DNA of 64,000 nt, taken from Basidiobolus meristosporus CBS 931.73 (Eukaryota > Fungi > Basidiobolomycota). The notes below the pieces were generated by a model, which did not search any database, was not told the DNA's origin, and worked only from the letters and a program-made list of their open reading frames with translations. Where the stretch lies: NCBI GenBank assembly GCA_002104905.1, contig MCFE01000451.1, positions 9,056 through 73,055 on the forward strand. Direction: 5' to 3'. Of the stretch, positions 35,574 to 49,279 are shown one piece after another. A program made the translations under genes and the position numbers. Position 1 is the stretch's first letter. Every line of letters starts with the position of its first letter.

Positions 35574-37567
35574 TTATTGAGCCCTTATAAATGTCTCTAA
35601 AGCTTCATCCTTTGTCTTGAGAAAGTATACCCATGCATATCTTGTCTTATCATCAATAAACATCATGAAGTATCTTTTGGCTCCAAAGGATAGTGTTCTC
35701 ATGGTGCCACATATGTCTGAGTGTACAATAGCCAGTATTTTGGTGGTATTGCTACCTCTTGAGCTCTTAAAACATTGCCTAGCTTGTTTGCCATATGAAC
35801 ATCCCTTACAGACATTCATTTTGATTGGAACTGTGCAATTTAGGCCCAAAACAAGCTGATTTTTCACCAATTGGCTCATTTTCTGTTCCCCAATGTGTCC
35901 TAGCCTCCTATGCCACGTTTCCCAGTTGGTTTCATCAGTTTCAGCAATGTTGACATAGTCAGGTACATGATCTTGCATTGTAACTTGTATATATTGAGAT
36001 CTCTGATTCCCAAAGCAAATTTTTGTCCCTTTTCACTCAATATTGTGCAGCTCAGCTTAGTAAAAACAAATTTCAGTCCCCGAGTAGTTGCTTTACTGAC
36101 TGAGAGTAGGTTCTTAGCTATTCCAGGTACATAGAGTACGTCAGTCAGTTTTGCTGTTGTTGCCTCTGAGTTTTCACTCATATTTAGTTGTATAGACCCA
36201 CTGGCAGTAGCTTCCAATGCAGAGTTATCTCCCAGATAAACCTTTCTTACAGGAATAGTCTTTAAGTTGCTGAACCAATCCTTTATACAACAAATATGCT
36301 GTGATGCTCCAGAGTCAATATACCATTCCTTACTCTGGTTACTTGCACTCTCTTGTACAGTTACAAATAACTGTTCATCTGTAGTTATACGGTTTGCCTG
36401 CTCTAGTTTCTGTTTTTTGTCCGCTTGTCTCTTCTTGCATTCTCTTGCCCAGTGTCCTGGCTTTTTACAATAGTTACAGCAGCCAGGTTTTCTTTGGTTT
36501 TGTTGCTTTCCCTTCTTTTCTGTGTGCTTTTCTGAGCTGAATAAAGCATTATCTTCAATTTTCTCTGCTTGATCATTACATCTGAGTTCTTCATGGAGAA
36601 GTCTTCCTTTGACATAGTCTAAAGTCAAGTTGTCTTCTCTGCTTTCAAAAGAAAGTATAAGTGGCTCATACTCATCTAGTAGGCTGTAAAGCAGACAGAG
36701 TATCTCTTCTTCATTATCTACTCCAGCATTAATACTGTAAAGTTCTTCTGCAAGTGTCTCCATTCTGGTAATGAGTTGTAGCATGTCATCATCTGGCTTC
36801 TTCCTCATGTTGAAGAACTTTTGTTTCAAATAAAGCTTGCTTGATACTGTCCTTGCTCTAAAGATCTTCTCTAAGGATTCCCATGCTGCTTTGGCAGTAT
36901 TTGAGGCATGGATTTGTCCAATGAAGGAGTCTTGCACATTGATGCATATTGCATTGAAGGCCTTTCTCTCCTTCTCTTGAAACTTCTCCACATCTTCTGC
37001 TGCTCCTTTGGGCTCAACTTCCTTTCCTGTTACTATGTTCCAGAGTTTTCTTTCCTCAAGGTGGATCTGCATCTTGATTCTCCAAAGTTTGTAGTTCTTC
37101 CCATCAAACCTCTCCTTTACAGGGAAGATGTTGGTATTGCTCTGTTTGCTGGTCAAAGTCATATTTAGAATAGATTAAGGCAATTGGGGCTCATAACCTG
37201 TTGCAATTTAAGAAGTAATTTGGATATAAGGAACTTATCAAGAAATAGTGATAATAGTTGAACTGTTGTTTATTCATAAAGAAGCTCAGTATTTATACCT
37301 TTGTAGAAGTAATACAGCTGTAACACTAAGTAGGGAGGGTTTTGCAATATTCAGGAGCATTCTGTAACAGCTTCAGGGTTAGTACATAATGTTTGGTAAT
37401 AGTGCTAATTTGATCCTGACTATAGGGGAATAATCATAAGATCATATATCTGGAGAAAGTGGCAAGGTCAAGGCAGTAAATGAGTCCTACAGTGACTAAG
37501 ACTAGTCTAGAATTGTTAAGCAAATTTTCAGCTGTTGAATGATACCAAATAGTCCAATATTTCAACA
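35574..37567 (-). mobile_element. Copia-2 5' half: LTR 37199-37567, PBS, gag-PR and start of integrase, truncated
   Basis: LTR TGTTGAAATATTGG...TTGCAACA. PBS GGTTATGAGCCCC on the minus strand at 37186-37198. Confidence 0.92.
35900..37162 (-). CDS. Copia gag plus protease open frame, 420 aa
   Basis: RFDGKNYKLW, zinc knuckle CNYCKKPGHWAREC and protease WYIDSGASQH. A frameshift leads into the GAG-pre-integrase region (WHRRLGH). Confidence 0.85.
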   Translation of the reverse strand: MTLTSKQSNTNIFPVKERFDGKNYKLWRIKMQIHLEERKLWNIVTGKEVEPKGAAEDVEKFQEKERKAFNAICINVQDSFIGQIHASNTAKAAWESLEKIFRARTVSSKLYLKQKFFNMRKKPDDDMLQLITRMETLAEELYSINAGVDNEEEILCLLYSLLDEYEPLILSFESREDNLTLDYVKGRLLHEELRCNDQAEKIEDNALFSSEKHTEKKGKQQNQRKPGCCNYCKKPGHWARECKKRQADKKQKLEQANRITTDEQLFVTVQESASNQSKEWYIDSGASQHICCIKDWFSNLKTIPVRKVYLGDNSALEATASGSIQLNMSENSEATTAKLTDVLYVPGIAKNLLSVSKATTRGLKFVFTKLSCTILSEKGQKFALGIRDLNIYKLQCKIMYLTMSTLLKLMKPTGKRGIGG

Positions 37568-39063
37568 GTTGCTTTGTCTGTAAGTGGAATATCCACTCTT
37601 TCAACAATGGCAAGTGTGGAGGCTGTGGTAGACAAATTCACTTGCTCTGCAAGATCATATACCTTACTGGAGTATACCACAAATGGCTGTGCTTCCAACT
37701 CTTGTGAAAACAGCTGCTTTCTTGTTGATGATTCTTCTTGGCAGTGTTGGGATTCAGTTAGTTCTGAGCTTACTTCATTAATTGGCACAAACTGCAGCTT
37801 TTTTGCAGGATTTCCTGTCTCTGGTTTGTGAAGAATTTTTTCCTTTACTTTTTCCTTTATCACTGCAAGGTCTTTTGCTGCAACTTTGTCTGAGAGCTGC
37901 TTATTTTGAAATACATTTCCTACATGATAAATGCTGCTCTGATGCATTTATCTTGGCCTGCTTCTCCCTTGCGGGCACTCTAAAGGCAACCTGACGTTTT
38001 GTTTTCTGCTTGTTTCAAGCTATCACCCATAGTTATGATGGGCTCTATAGATAGGCTGGATTTAGTCTCTTCCAGTGTTTCTGGGTTTTTGGCACCTCCA
38101 CTACAATCCTTCACATATAGAGCTGAACTTGCTCCATCTGACCTATCTTAGGAGCTATAGTGCCACAAGTCTTGAAATAAAAGCTCCATGGGAACAAGGA
38201 GTTTAGCTAATATTGTACATACTAAATTATAAGCAGGCACTGATTGAAGCTACAGCAGCTCCTTATGTACATTTTGCCAGTTAAAGTGCTGAATAATGAT
38301 CATATAAGTTGACAACTTGGGTATGACTTGACTAGCTTGCCAATATCTTGCTTCATTCCAGGCCACCATGCTCTTGTTTTCACTAGGCTGTAGGTTCCTG
38401 CAGCTCCTAATTGTGTAGCTGTCTTGGAAATGTCTTCTGGCTTGTCCTTAATATGGTGTATCTGGCTCAAGGTCAATCTTGGCAAACATGGTTGCTCCAT
38501 TGTGTTGGCCCAAAAGCTCTGTGATCCACCCTACAAAAAGATAGTGATGATCCTGTCAAATGGCTATCACAAAATCTATATCCCATGACTGTGTTTTTTT
38601 AATGCCATTAAGACACTGTGCAACAACTGTTTAATGAAAGTTGCTCCCCAGATTTCACAGAAAAACATATCAAAACTGTTGGTCACAACACTCCGTAAGT
38701 GTCTTCTGGCTGGTTCTCTGCCAATTGTCTCACATTCTGATCCCAGACACCAATCACCTCCAGCATATTTAAATACTGTATAACAATTGCCTTTTTCTCT
38801 CATCACTTGCTTCCGCACTCAAGTGATGTTCTTGATTTTTAAGCATACAGATTGATTTATTTTGTTTCAATCTTCAATTGTAATTCAATTCCCAACTGTA
38901 TTGACCTATACAGGTCCCCATACCCAACACTCACATTGAGCCCATCCTCATACCCAACAAGTAACTCCTTTAAAATCATCCATTCAGTATATACTGAGTC
39001 AAAATGCCCTGCTTCTGCTACTTTGGCAGGAACTCCACAGCTTTATGCAATTGTTCAATTACT
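37568..39063 (-). mobile_element. EnSpm accessory-gene fragments (left TIR remnant at 38529) interleaved with Copia-1 RT, Gypsy-X LTR and Gypsy-X integrase scraps (~38040-38528)
   Basis: Homology to 24150-25320. CCCTACAAAAAG at 38529. AWWPGMKQDI..LVK..PSCQ is an integrase zinc-binding fragment. Confidence 0.7.
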
Positions 39064-39510
39064 AGGCTTGTTCCATTGAATAGTGCCACATTGAGCCATG
39101 AGTGCCAAACAATGCCATAGTGTGCCAAGGAGGCCAAGTGCGCCAATACTTGGCCACATAGTGTGCAGCATAGCTCTGCATCTTCATGCAAAGCAGCCCC
39201 TGTGTTTCACCCATTGTGTTGGAGAAAATCCAATTATTGACCTTTTTTTTAGGACAATGTTGTACAGGATTTGTAGGTTCACAAAAGGATTGCAGATATA
39301 CATCTGGTACTCAATACCTATGTCACTGTGAATCTAGCTCATGTGGCTTGTAACATGTCACAAAAATGCATGGCACTATCTTGGTCTACAAGTACTATCT
39401 GGCACTATAAGTACTTTGTATTGATCTTACTTTAGGGCCACTAATTAAAAATAGTGCCAGATAGTACCAGTGGATTTTCTCCTTCATCATAGCTGAAACA
39501 CAGGGACTCC
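39064..39510 (+). mobile_element. Truncated second copy of the long-TIR foldback element
   Basis: GGCTTGTTCCATTGAATAGTGCCACATTGAGCC matches the reconstructed left end at 55746/62953. It contains the left arm, the spacer and a deleted right arm. Confidence 0.8.
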
Positions 39511-40320
39511 AATCAATTGGATGTAGATGGGTCTTCATGAGAAAATACAAGGACACATCTTTCTTCACTTACTGGGGAATTTTCATGGAATCCACAAAGG
39601 CAACCAACTGTACCACTTTTTACAACCAAAGCAGAGTATATGGCTGCCTGTGAGGCCAACAAAGAAGTAATGGGGCTACGGAAACTTTTAAGGATATGGA
39701 CTTGTCTTGAAAATACCAATTACTTTATTCCAAGATGATCAGGGATATATATACAATTATGTAGAAATCCAACCTCTCATGCTAGCATTAAGCATGTGTA
39801 TATTAGACACCATTTTGTATGTGAAGCTATGGAGGGTACTTGGTTAATCTGCTTACTGTCCAACAGATGAAACAATTGCAGAAATACTTACAAAGCAATT
39901 AGTTAGTGACAAGCATGAGCATCTTAGGCCATAATTAGGACTAGTCAGTATGCATACTCAGTTGAGGGGGAGTGTTGTATAAATTTGTAATTCCACCTAC
40001 ACACTCATCTAAGCTAGTCTCTTAGATCACTGCCTTTAAATCTCCAAAAATACAGACCAAAATCCTAGTTGTGTCTTACTTAAAATATTTTCACCAGAAT
40101 ATCAGATATAGAGAACATGAAATTCTGATGGTTGGTCAAACACCACCAAGTATTGCACACATGTTTTTGGAACCTTTCTAAGCCTATTCTAGATGACTGT
40201 TATGCTAAGACCATGTGAAAGTATAACAACTACTTTTGCATTGAATAAATGATTAATTGAAAACCACACATTCTACTTGTTTTCCCAATTACTTCCAGTA
40301 TCTGCAAGACTCTTACAACA
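39511..40320 (+). mobile_element. 3' end of a Copia-1-related element: RNase H remnant, PPT 39961-39972 and LTR 39973-40320
   Basis: GTTGAGGGGGAG followed by TGTTGTATAAATTTGTAATTCCACC...CTCTTACAACA (348 bp). Confidence 0.85.
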
Positions 40321-41915
40321 ATGTAGGCAAATTACCACCATCCTGCCTAAGTATTCCTATAAGTCAGTTTGCAGCAAGGTTATGACTATTGCAGGGCCAT
40401 TGGTAAGGCCAAAACTAATGACTAAATACCCAAAATGTCAACACTTGGTCCTAAATGCTATCTTGGGGATATCATCTGGTTTCATTGTAATGTGGTTGTA
40501 TCCTGACATAAGATCAATATTGCTGAATAAGGGCTTGGTAGTCATTTTGCATCCTAATTGATCCATCCTTCTTCACATAAAGCACCAACTCCAAATATAG
40601 CTGAGTCATATTCAATAGCAATCTTGATGGCTTCTTCAATAGTATGAGGTGTTCAATAGTTCACTTCCTTTCAAATTCTTTCTTTCAAACAATTGATAAG
40701 TTTTTCAACGTGATCCAGGTGGTTTGTGTTGAAATATTGGATTATTTGGTATCATTCAGCAGCTAAAAATTTACTTAACAATTCTAGGCTAGTCTTAGTC
40801 ACTGTAGGACTCATTTACTGCCTTAACTTTGCCACTTTCTCCAGATATATGATCTTATGATTATTCCCCTATAGTCAGGATCAAATTAGCACTATTACCA
40901 AACATTATGTACTAACCCTGAAACTGTTACAGAATGCTCCTGAATACTGAGAAACCCTCCCTAATTAGTGATACAGCTGTATTACTTCTACAAAGGTATA
41001 AATACTGAGCTTCTTTATGAATAAACAACAGTTCAACTACTATCACTATTTCTTGATAAGTTCCTTATATCCAAATTACTTCTTAAAATTGCAACAGTTT
41101 GTTCTTTAAACCTGTCCAAATAGACATCTATATTCATAGATGTATTCTTGAGCCATTCCTTTCTCTGAGTGTCTTCAGCTTCCTGCCTTATGGGTCTGCT
41201 GATATGGATGCTCAAAAGCATCCTGAATTTCCGGCATAAACTCATCAATGAAAGAGTTAGTAGAGCATACCATTGTAAAGCATCCCATTGTGGTGGCTGA
41301 CCTAATCTTGCTGCAGTACCACTGTAAAGCTGCATCTGCCAGGTAAGAGGCTGCATAATATAACTTGGTTTCTGAGGCAATTACTGGAGCCTTGAAAGCT
41401 TCTTCAATCTGGAAGAGCCAAGTGCACCTGGTTTTGTTCACTCCACCATGGTAACAGCTCAACTTCACACCAAAGTTGCTCTTGTCAGGGCATTGTTGGT
41501 TCTGGACCATGTAGGTTATTCCTTATTGTTGCCAGCAGAGAATCTGAAGAAGCTGCTGCTGTTGGGCCAGGATTTGAAGTAAAGGATTCTTTTGTACTAG
41601 ATTTTCTTACATCTTTGGAGAGGCTTCTTCTTTGTTCAGGAGGAGAGTTTCTAGTTAATTCTGCTACCAATGTAACAAGTCTTGATATAAGATATGCAGA
41701 GGAAAAATGGGTTTTGCTAGCAATTGTACATTAACGCTTGAGCTGCTTTTTATTCAGGCTCCAGTAGATCCATATAAATGTATTGCCAGATCAATTGCCA
41801 ACTAATTGTACTTCCAAATGTAAGTTGTGGCCAATGACTCATTTGACTGCATTATCATCACCACATAAATATCTCTTATTATATTGATTTCTGCATGATA
41901 AGGATCTGCTGATTT
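40321..41915 (-). mobile_element. Gypsy-X copy 2, deleted: RT scrap, gag, PBS and 5' LTR from 41671 (continues at 46925-46959)
   Basis: Gag KSNFGVK...TWLFQIEEAFKA...YAASYLADAALQWY is shared with 54911-55474. PBS TGGTAGCAG on the minus strand. Confidence 0.82.
40727..41096 (+). repeat. Solo Copia-2 LTR with a perfect 5 bp TSD
   Basis: TG...CA, 370 bp, with GTTTG at 40722-40726 and 41097-41101. Confidence 0.93.
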
Positions 41916-44900
41916 TGTTGCATTTTATGAAGTGATTTGGATTTAAGGAACTTATCGAGAAATGATGATAATAGCTGAACTGTTGCTTATACATAAGGAA
42001 GCTTAGTAGTTTTACCGTTGTAGAGGGAATACAACCACTTTATAGGAGCAAAGCAACTATAACACTAAGTATGGAAAGCTTCTCAACACTCAGGAGTCCT
42101 CATTAACAGCTTCAGGGTTAAGACAGAATATTTGGTAAACTTGTTAATTTGATCTTGCCTATGGCAGAATGATCATTGCATGATAGATCTGACAAAAGTG
42201 GCAAAGTTAGGGCTGGAGGTTAATCCTACAGTGACCAAGACTTGTCCAAAATTGTCAAATAAATTTTAGCTGTTGAATGATACCAACTGGTGCAATATTT
42301 TAACACTCCCCCTCAACTTACTTATTTCTTAATCCTGATTCTTATCTGAGATTCTCAAATTGTGGCCTAGCCAGTGGTTTTGTCAGTTGGACAGTAAACT
42401 TACGCTAGTTACAAGTCTTGGTATAAGAGTGGCAGAGGAATAGGGAGTTTAGCTAGTAATGTATTCACTAAAACTTGAACTCATTTATGTTGAGGTTCAA
42501 GCAGCTACTTATATATAGTTTTGCCAGATCAATTGCTGACTAATTGTATTTTCTAATGTAGGTTGTGGCTGATGACTTGTTTAGTTGCATCATCATCACC
42601 AAAGAAGATGCTACCTAATATATCTATTCCTGTCTGATAAGGATCTGCATATTCATCTGCTGACTAATGCTACTGATTTTATAGATAACACTGATATTCT
42701 GATTGGTTAACCTTATGACTAATTGATTTGACTAAAAATGATATAACTTAAACATTCATGTGGTAGATCATAACGCTTTATCAAGTTATTTTCTACAGCT
42801 TCCCTTACCCAGTTGTGTTGTATACCTATGTACTTAGTTCTGGCATGATTAGTAGGATCTGTGGCTAGTAAAACACAACTTTCATTATCCTTCTAAATAC
42901 AAGTTGGCTATCTGAGTTAAAACCTAAGTCATTGGGTGATTTTTGTAGCCATTTAGCCTCCTTAGTTCCTTGACAAGCATTCATATATTCAGCTTCAGTT
43001 GTAGACAGGGCCACAGTTGGTTGTTTCTTGCAACTTTAAGTAATAGCTGCGCCAGCATAAGAAAATACATGCTCAGTAATAGTGTCTTTCAATCAGATCC
43101 CTACCCCAACCAAATCACCATAACAATCAAAGTGTTGCTTATTTGCTGCTCCATAGTTTCCCAGTACCATATATGGTACCTTGAAGATATCTGAAAATTC
43201 TCTCAACCAATGCAATTTGATCTGAGGCTTAATTTTGCATGAATAACTGACAATATCAGCATTCATTGCAATATCTAGATGTGTAGAAATAATCAGGTAT
43301 ATCAGGCTACTAACCATTAGGTAATAGGCAAGATTTTACTCAATATTTGACCCATTTTCACCTAAACTGGCTGAGATTTGCTCAGCTTCAGGTTATTATC
43401 CATAGGGGTGGCTGTAGATTTGCAATTTTCTATTTGAAGCAACTGAGATTGTCTCTGATGTACAAAGACCCATTTAGAACATTCCTCTGCATTGGTCTGT
43501 TAAATATGATTTTGATTCCAACAAAATAGCTCAATTTTCCAAGATATTTCATTTATAACATGCTGAAGAGATCTGCTTTTGTCTATTAAAGTGCCTCCTG
43601 GTCACTTGTAGCTATTATTAGGCTATCCACATCAATAACTAGGATGATCTACCCTTTTTGAGCTCTTTCACGCACATGCAGGAATCTGCAGTGATACAAT
43701 GAACTCAGTCTCCTCTAGATATGTGTCAATCTTGTCATACCATGCCCTAGGTGCCTATTTAGGCCCACACAATTGTTTCCTCAGTCTACACACCCATCAG
43801 GGGCCTTTTGGATTTGTAAAATCTTCTTGTTGCTTCAGATATGTGTTTGCTTGCAGATCCCCATTTAGAAAGGCTGTTTTAACCTCCATTTAGTATAGAT
43901 CCAGACTATGTACAGCTGTCAGGGCTACAACAGTTGTAATGGAATTAAACTTGGCAACTAGAGCAAATGTTTCCTCAAAGTCTAGTCCCTGGATCTGGGA
44001 ATAGCTTTTAGTCACTAAACTAGCCTTCTACTTATCAACAATATCATTTGAGGTTATCTTGATTGTATGGACCCATATGCATCCTATTGGCTTTGTCCCA
44101 TTTAATGAATTTACCAGTTCCCACGTTATTGCCCTGATTGGTAATTAGCACTCTTCCTGCATGGCTTGTTGTCACATATTAGCATCTGGGCTCTGAATTA
44201 CCTGTTCCAGATTCTGAGGGTTGGCACATAAGGTAAGATAAGCTTCTTCATGATCACTTGATGTCTGCCATCAGATTCCAGGGGGATTTCTTATTCTGGA
44301 GGATCTCCTAACTGGGATAATTGGCCCCAGTCTGGAACAGGTAGAGTTATCATCTGTGTCTGGCTGAAATAGGTACATATATTCTTCATTAGTGTTGATT
44401 GCATCATCAAGCAACTGTCCAATATTTCAGTAGCTTTCTGATTGGAATTCTCCTCAAATAAAGTGTCCCTGCCCTGGATTAGCTTCAGAATCTTGCCTTC
44501 ATGCACTCTGTACTCTTTGGTATCCTCACAGTACCCAAGAATGATCCCTTTTGCAATCATTGGTTCCAACTTTGAGCGTTTTTTGTCAGGGATGTGATAA
44601 AGAGCATCACTGCCAAAGATCCTGAGGGGCTGGAGTTCTGGTTTTTTGCCTGTATATGCTTCAAAGGGTGTAGGGTTACATAGAGCTGTTTTTGGTCATC
44701 TATTGTAAGTGTATACCATGATACCAACAGATTTAGCCTAAAAATGTGGTCCATTACTTTTCCATGTAGCATAGACCTTCTCAGCACTGCTATTGTTCTA
44801 TTTGCATGTTATGCTACTCCATTTTGGTGTGGAATATGTGGAACAGTGGTCTGCTGAAGTATACCTGTAGATGAGCAGTACTTTGCAAACTCCCTTGAGC

Positions 44901-46924
44901 TGTATTCCCTTCCATTGTCACTTCAAATTACCTTCAATGGTCACCCATTTTGTGTTTCTGGCATGTTCCTAAACTGCCTAAGCATCCCCAAAGCCTCATT
45001 CTTTGTTGTGAAGACGAACAACCATGTATATCTTGTCTTGTCATCATTAAAAGTCATAAAGTTTCTCTTGGCTCTAACAGACAGTGTTCTCATGGGCCCA
45101 CATATATCTGAGTGTACAAAAGTCAGTATTTTGGTAGTGTCAATGCCTTGTGAGCTATTGAAACACTGCCTAGCTTGTTTGTCATAAAAACATCCCTAAT
45201 AGATGTTGTATTATATAGGAATTGAGTAATATAGGCTCAAGACAAGTTGATTTTCACCAGATGGCTTGTTTTCTGGTCCCCAATGCATCCTTGCCTCCTA
45301 TGCCATGTCTCTCAGTTAGTTTCATCAGTTTCTGTACTGCTCACATACTTGGGAACAATGAGTTTAGATTGTAACATGTATACTTTGTGACCTCTGGTTC
45401 CCAAAGCTAATTTTTGTCCATTTTCACTCAATGTTGGGCAGCTCAGCTTAGTAAAAGCAATTTTTAGTCCCTTAGTTGTTGTTCTACTGGCTGAGAGTGG
45501 GTTTTTAGCTGCTTTAGGTGCATACAGTATGTCAGTCAGTTCTGCTGTTGTAGCCCCTGAGATGTTACTCATATTTAGCTGTATTGACCCACTGGTGGTA
45601 GGTCCAGTGCAGAGTTGTCTCCCAGATAAACCTCTCTTATAAGAATAGTCTTAAAGTTGCTGAACCACTTCTTCAAACCGCATATATGCTGTGATGCTCC
45701 ACAGACAATACACCATTCGCTACCATGGTTACTTGCACTCTCTTGCACTGTTACAAATAACTGTGCCACAGTAGTTATGTGGTTTGCCTGCTTTAGTTCC
45801 TGTTTTTTGTCAGCTTATTTCTACTTGCATTCTCTGGCCCAGTGTCCTGGCTTCTTACAGTGATTACAGCAACCAGGTTTTCTTTTTCTTTGTTGCTTTC
45901 CCTTCTTTTCTGCTATATTGTCAATTTTGTATGCATGATCATCATGTCTGAGCTCTCCTGGGAGAAGTGTTCCTTCAACATAAGCTACAGTCAGATTGTT
46001 TTCTCTGCTTTCAAACAAAGTGTGAGTTGCTCTTACTTGTCTGGTAAGCGGCAAAGCAGAAAGAGTATCTTTTTTTCATCATCTACACCAGCATTGATAC
46101 TGTATAGTTCTTCTGCAAGTGTCTCTATTCTTGTAATGAGCTGTAGCATGTCATCATTTGGCTTCCTTCTCATGTTGAAAAGCTTTTGTTTACATAAAGC
46201 TTGCATGGCACTGACTCTGCTCTAAAAATCCTTTCCAAGGATACCCATGCTGCTTTGTCAGTATTTGGAGCATGAATTTGCCAAATGAAGGCATCTTAAA
46301 CATTGATACATATGGCATATCAGGCTTCTCTTTCCTTCTCTTGAAACTTCTCCACTTCTTCAGCTGTTCTTTTGAGCCCAACTTCTCTTCCTGTAATTAT
46401 ACTCCTAAGCTTTCTTTCCTCAAGGAGGATCTACAATATGATTCTGTAAAGTCTGTAGTTCTTCCATTCAAGCCTCACAGGGAAAATGTTTGTTTTGTGC
46501 TGTATGTTGGTAGATGTCATTGTTTAAATAGATTAAGAAAATTGGGGCTCAGAACCCATTGCAACTTAAGAAGCGATTTGGATATAAGGAACTTATCAAG
46601 AAATAGTGATAATAGTTGAACTGCTGTTTATTCAAAGGAAGCTCAGTATTTATACCTTTGTAGGAGCAAAGCAACTATAACACCTAGTATGGAGGGCTTC
46701 TCAACACTCAGGAGCATTCTTTGACACTTTCAAGGTTAGCACATAATATCCATTAAAGATACTAATTAGATCTTGACTATATGGGAATAGCCATAAGATC
46801 ATAGATCTGCAGAAAGTGACACAGTTAGGTCTGTAGGCTAGTACTACAGTGTCTAAGACTAGTCCAGAATTTTTAAGTAAAATTTTAGCTGCTGAATGAT
46901 ACCAAATAGTCCATTATTCCAACA
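41916..46924 (-). mobile_element. Full-length but heavily degenerate Copia-2 element
   Basis: 3' LTR 41916-42305, PPT 42306-42318, 5' LTR 46557-46924 and PBS 46544-46556. TSD GATTT/GATTC. Gag, PR, INT, RT and RH remnants are homologous to 35574-37162 over the shared part. Confidence 0.9.
42407..42772 (-). repeat. Solo Gypsy-X LTR inside Copia-2
   Basis: Colinear with 46960-47327. Flanked by ACGCT at 42402-42406 and 42773-42777, with slightly eroded LTR ends. Confidence 0.85.
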
Positions 46925-49279
46925 GATTCTTCTTCTGACTGATACTGCAGGTTTCATAGTGTTACAAGTCTTGGTATAAGAGTTGTAGAGGAATAGGGAG
47001 CTTAGCTAGTATTGTATTCACTAAAACTTGAACTGATCTTTATTGAGGTTCCAGCAGCTCCTTATATACATTTTGTCAGATCAACTGCTGACTAATTATA
47101 TTTCCTAATGTAAGTTGTGGCTGATGACTCATTTGATTGCATCATCATCACCCAATAAGATCCTACTTAATATATCTATTTCTGTCTGATAAGGATCTGC
47201 TGATTCATTTGCTGACTAATGCTACTGATTTTTTAGATAATACTGATATATTGATAACCTAAGCATATACCAATAGATTTGACTAAAAACTGATCTAACT
47301 TAAACATTCAAGCTGCAGATCATAACATTCTCCCCTGCTAAAGTTGTGAGTTCTCCTGAATCTCTTTTCTTGTGATACCAATACCTTGATGGTTCAGTAT
47401 TATTAGCAAGTCTTGCAAGCTTGAGTCTGTCCCTATGCACTAAGTCTTCCTGGATATTACCTTGTTTGTCCACCAGTTGGTAAGTTGCAAATGGACATTC
47501 CCTGATGATATTGAATGGTCCTGTCCATTGTGGCTCAAACTTCTTCCAAGTGTTGTTTCTTAGCAATACAAAGTTCCCAACTGTCAATGCTTCTGGCGCT
47601 ATAGTCTTATCAAATCTCTGCTTCATCTTTTCTGCACTTGGAGATACTTTGGTCTATGCCTCTTGACATCTTTGTTCCAGTTGCTGGTGTCTACTTGGCT
47701 GACTGAGTTCATCTTCTAAGGTGCCTGTAAGCTTTGGTTGTGTGAGATCTCCTGGAATTCTTGGTTCACATCCATACACTAAGTAAAATGGTGATTGCTG
47801 GGTGGTGTTGTGTACTCTGACTCTGCATGCAAAGAGTGCTTGGTCTATATACACATCCCATCTACTGACAGCTCCATTTGCATACTTGGTCAGCATTTTT
47901 CCATATAATCCATTAAACCACTCAGTGACTCCATTAGTTCTGGGGTGATATGCCAAGGTTTTCAAGTGCCTGATCTGCTGCATTTCCAGGTAAGCCTGCA
48001 ATGTCTTTGCCATAAAGTTTGCTCCTCTGTCAGATAAGATCTCCACAGGGCATCCAAACTTCATCAGGATCTCATGGTAAATGAAACTTGCAACTTCTTG
48101 TTCACTGGCTATTGGTACAGCTTTAGCCACTGGCCATTTTGTAGCATGGTCAATTGCTACTAGGATGCAATGGTTGCATTTCCTGGTAGTTGGCAGTCTT
48201 CCAATAAAGTCAATTCCGCATCTCTCAAATGGTCTTATAGGCTCCAAGGGAATGAGTTTGGCAATTCTCTGTGGTTGCCCTTGGTTGATTTGGCAATTTG
48301 GGCATGTTTTCACTAGCTTCTCAATGTCTTGTTTCATTCTGGGTCACCATGCTCTGGCTTTCACAAGACTATAGGTTCCTTCAATTCCAAGATGTCCTTA
48401 TCCATTGTATAGCTTATGTATTAAATCCAGGCAAGAAACATAAGGGCAATAGGCAATAGGGCTTCCATCAACAATTTAGTAGAGTGTTTCATCCTGTACT
48501 ACAAATTTGCTGGCTTCATCCTGGATTATCTTCTTGGTATCTTCATCCAACTCATTAGCAATGGCTTGGTCCTCCAAGTACTTTGGTAATAGGCTAGGCC
48601 AATCTGATTCATGCACCAAGTTGAGTTGTGCAACTTGATCTAATCTTGATAAGGCATCAGTAACCGTGTTGTTTTTTCCAGGGCAGTAGACAATCTTCAA
48701 GTCAAATTGCTGAATGTATTCACTCCATCTTGTCATTCTTCTAGAGAGTACATTCTGAGTAAATACAAACTTGAGGGAGGCATGATCAGTCTTCACAGTG
48801 CAACTGACTCCTTCAATATAGCATCTCCATGTCTTCAAACAGTGTATTATTGCAAGCATCTCCTTCTCATGGACTGGATAGTTTTGCTCTGCTGAGTTCA
48901 GTTTCTTGAAATCAAAGGCAACATGGTAGTCCTTACCCTTGTGTTTGTGACTCAGCACTCCACCAATTGCATAATCTGAAGCATCCGTGCACAGAGTAAA
49001 CTCTTTTCTGAAGTCAGGTATTCTTAAGCTTGGTAGTTTAGCAACTTCATTCTTGAGTGTCTGAAAGGCAGTCTCACAAGCTATGTCCCACTTATAGGTG
49101 TTGTCTTTCTTGAGGATATCAGTTAAAGGGGCTGCAATACTTGCAAAGGATCTGACAAATCTCCAATAATAGGAAACCATTCTAAGGAATGATCTGAGTT
49201 CTGATATGCTATGGGGCTGCTTCAGGTTCTTGATAACTTCAACCTTCTCAGGGTCTAAGGTTACTCCTGTGCCAGTCAC

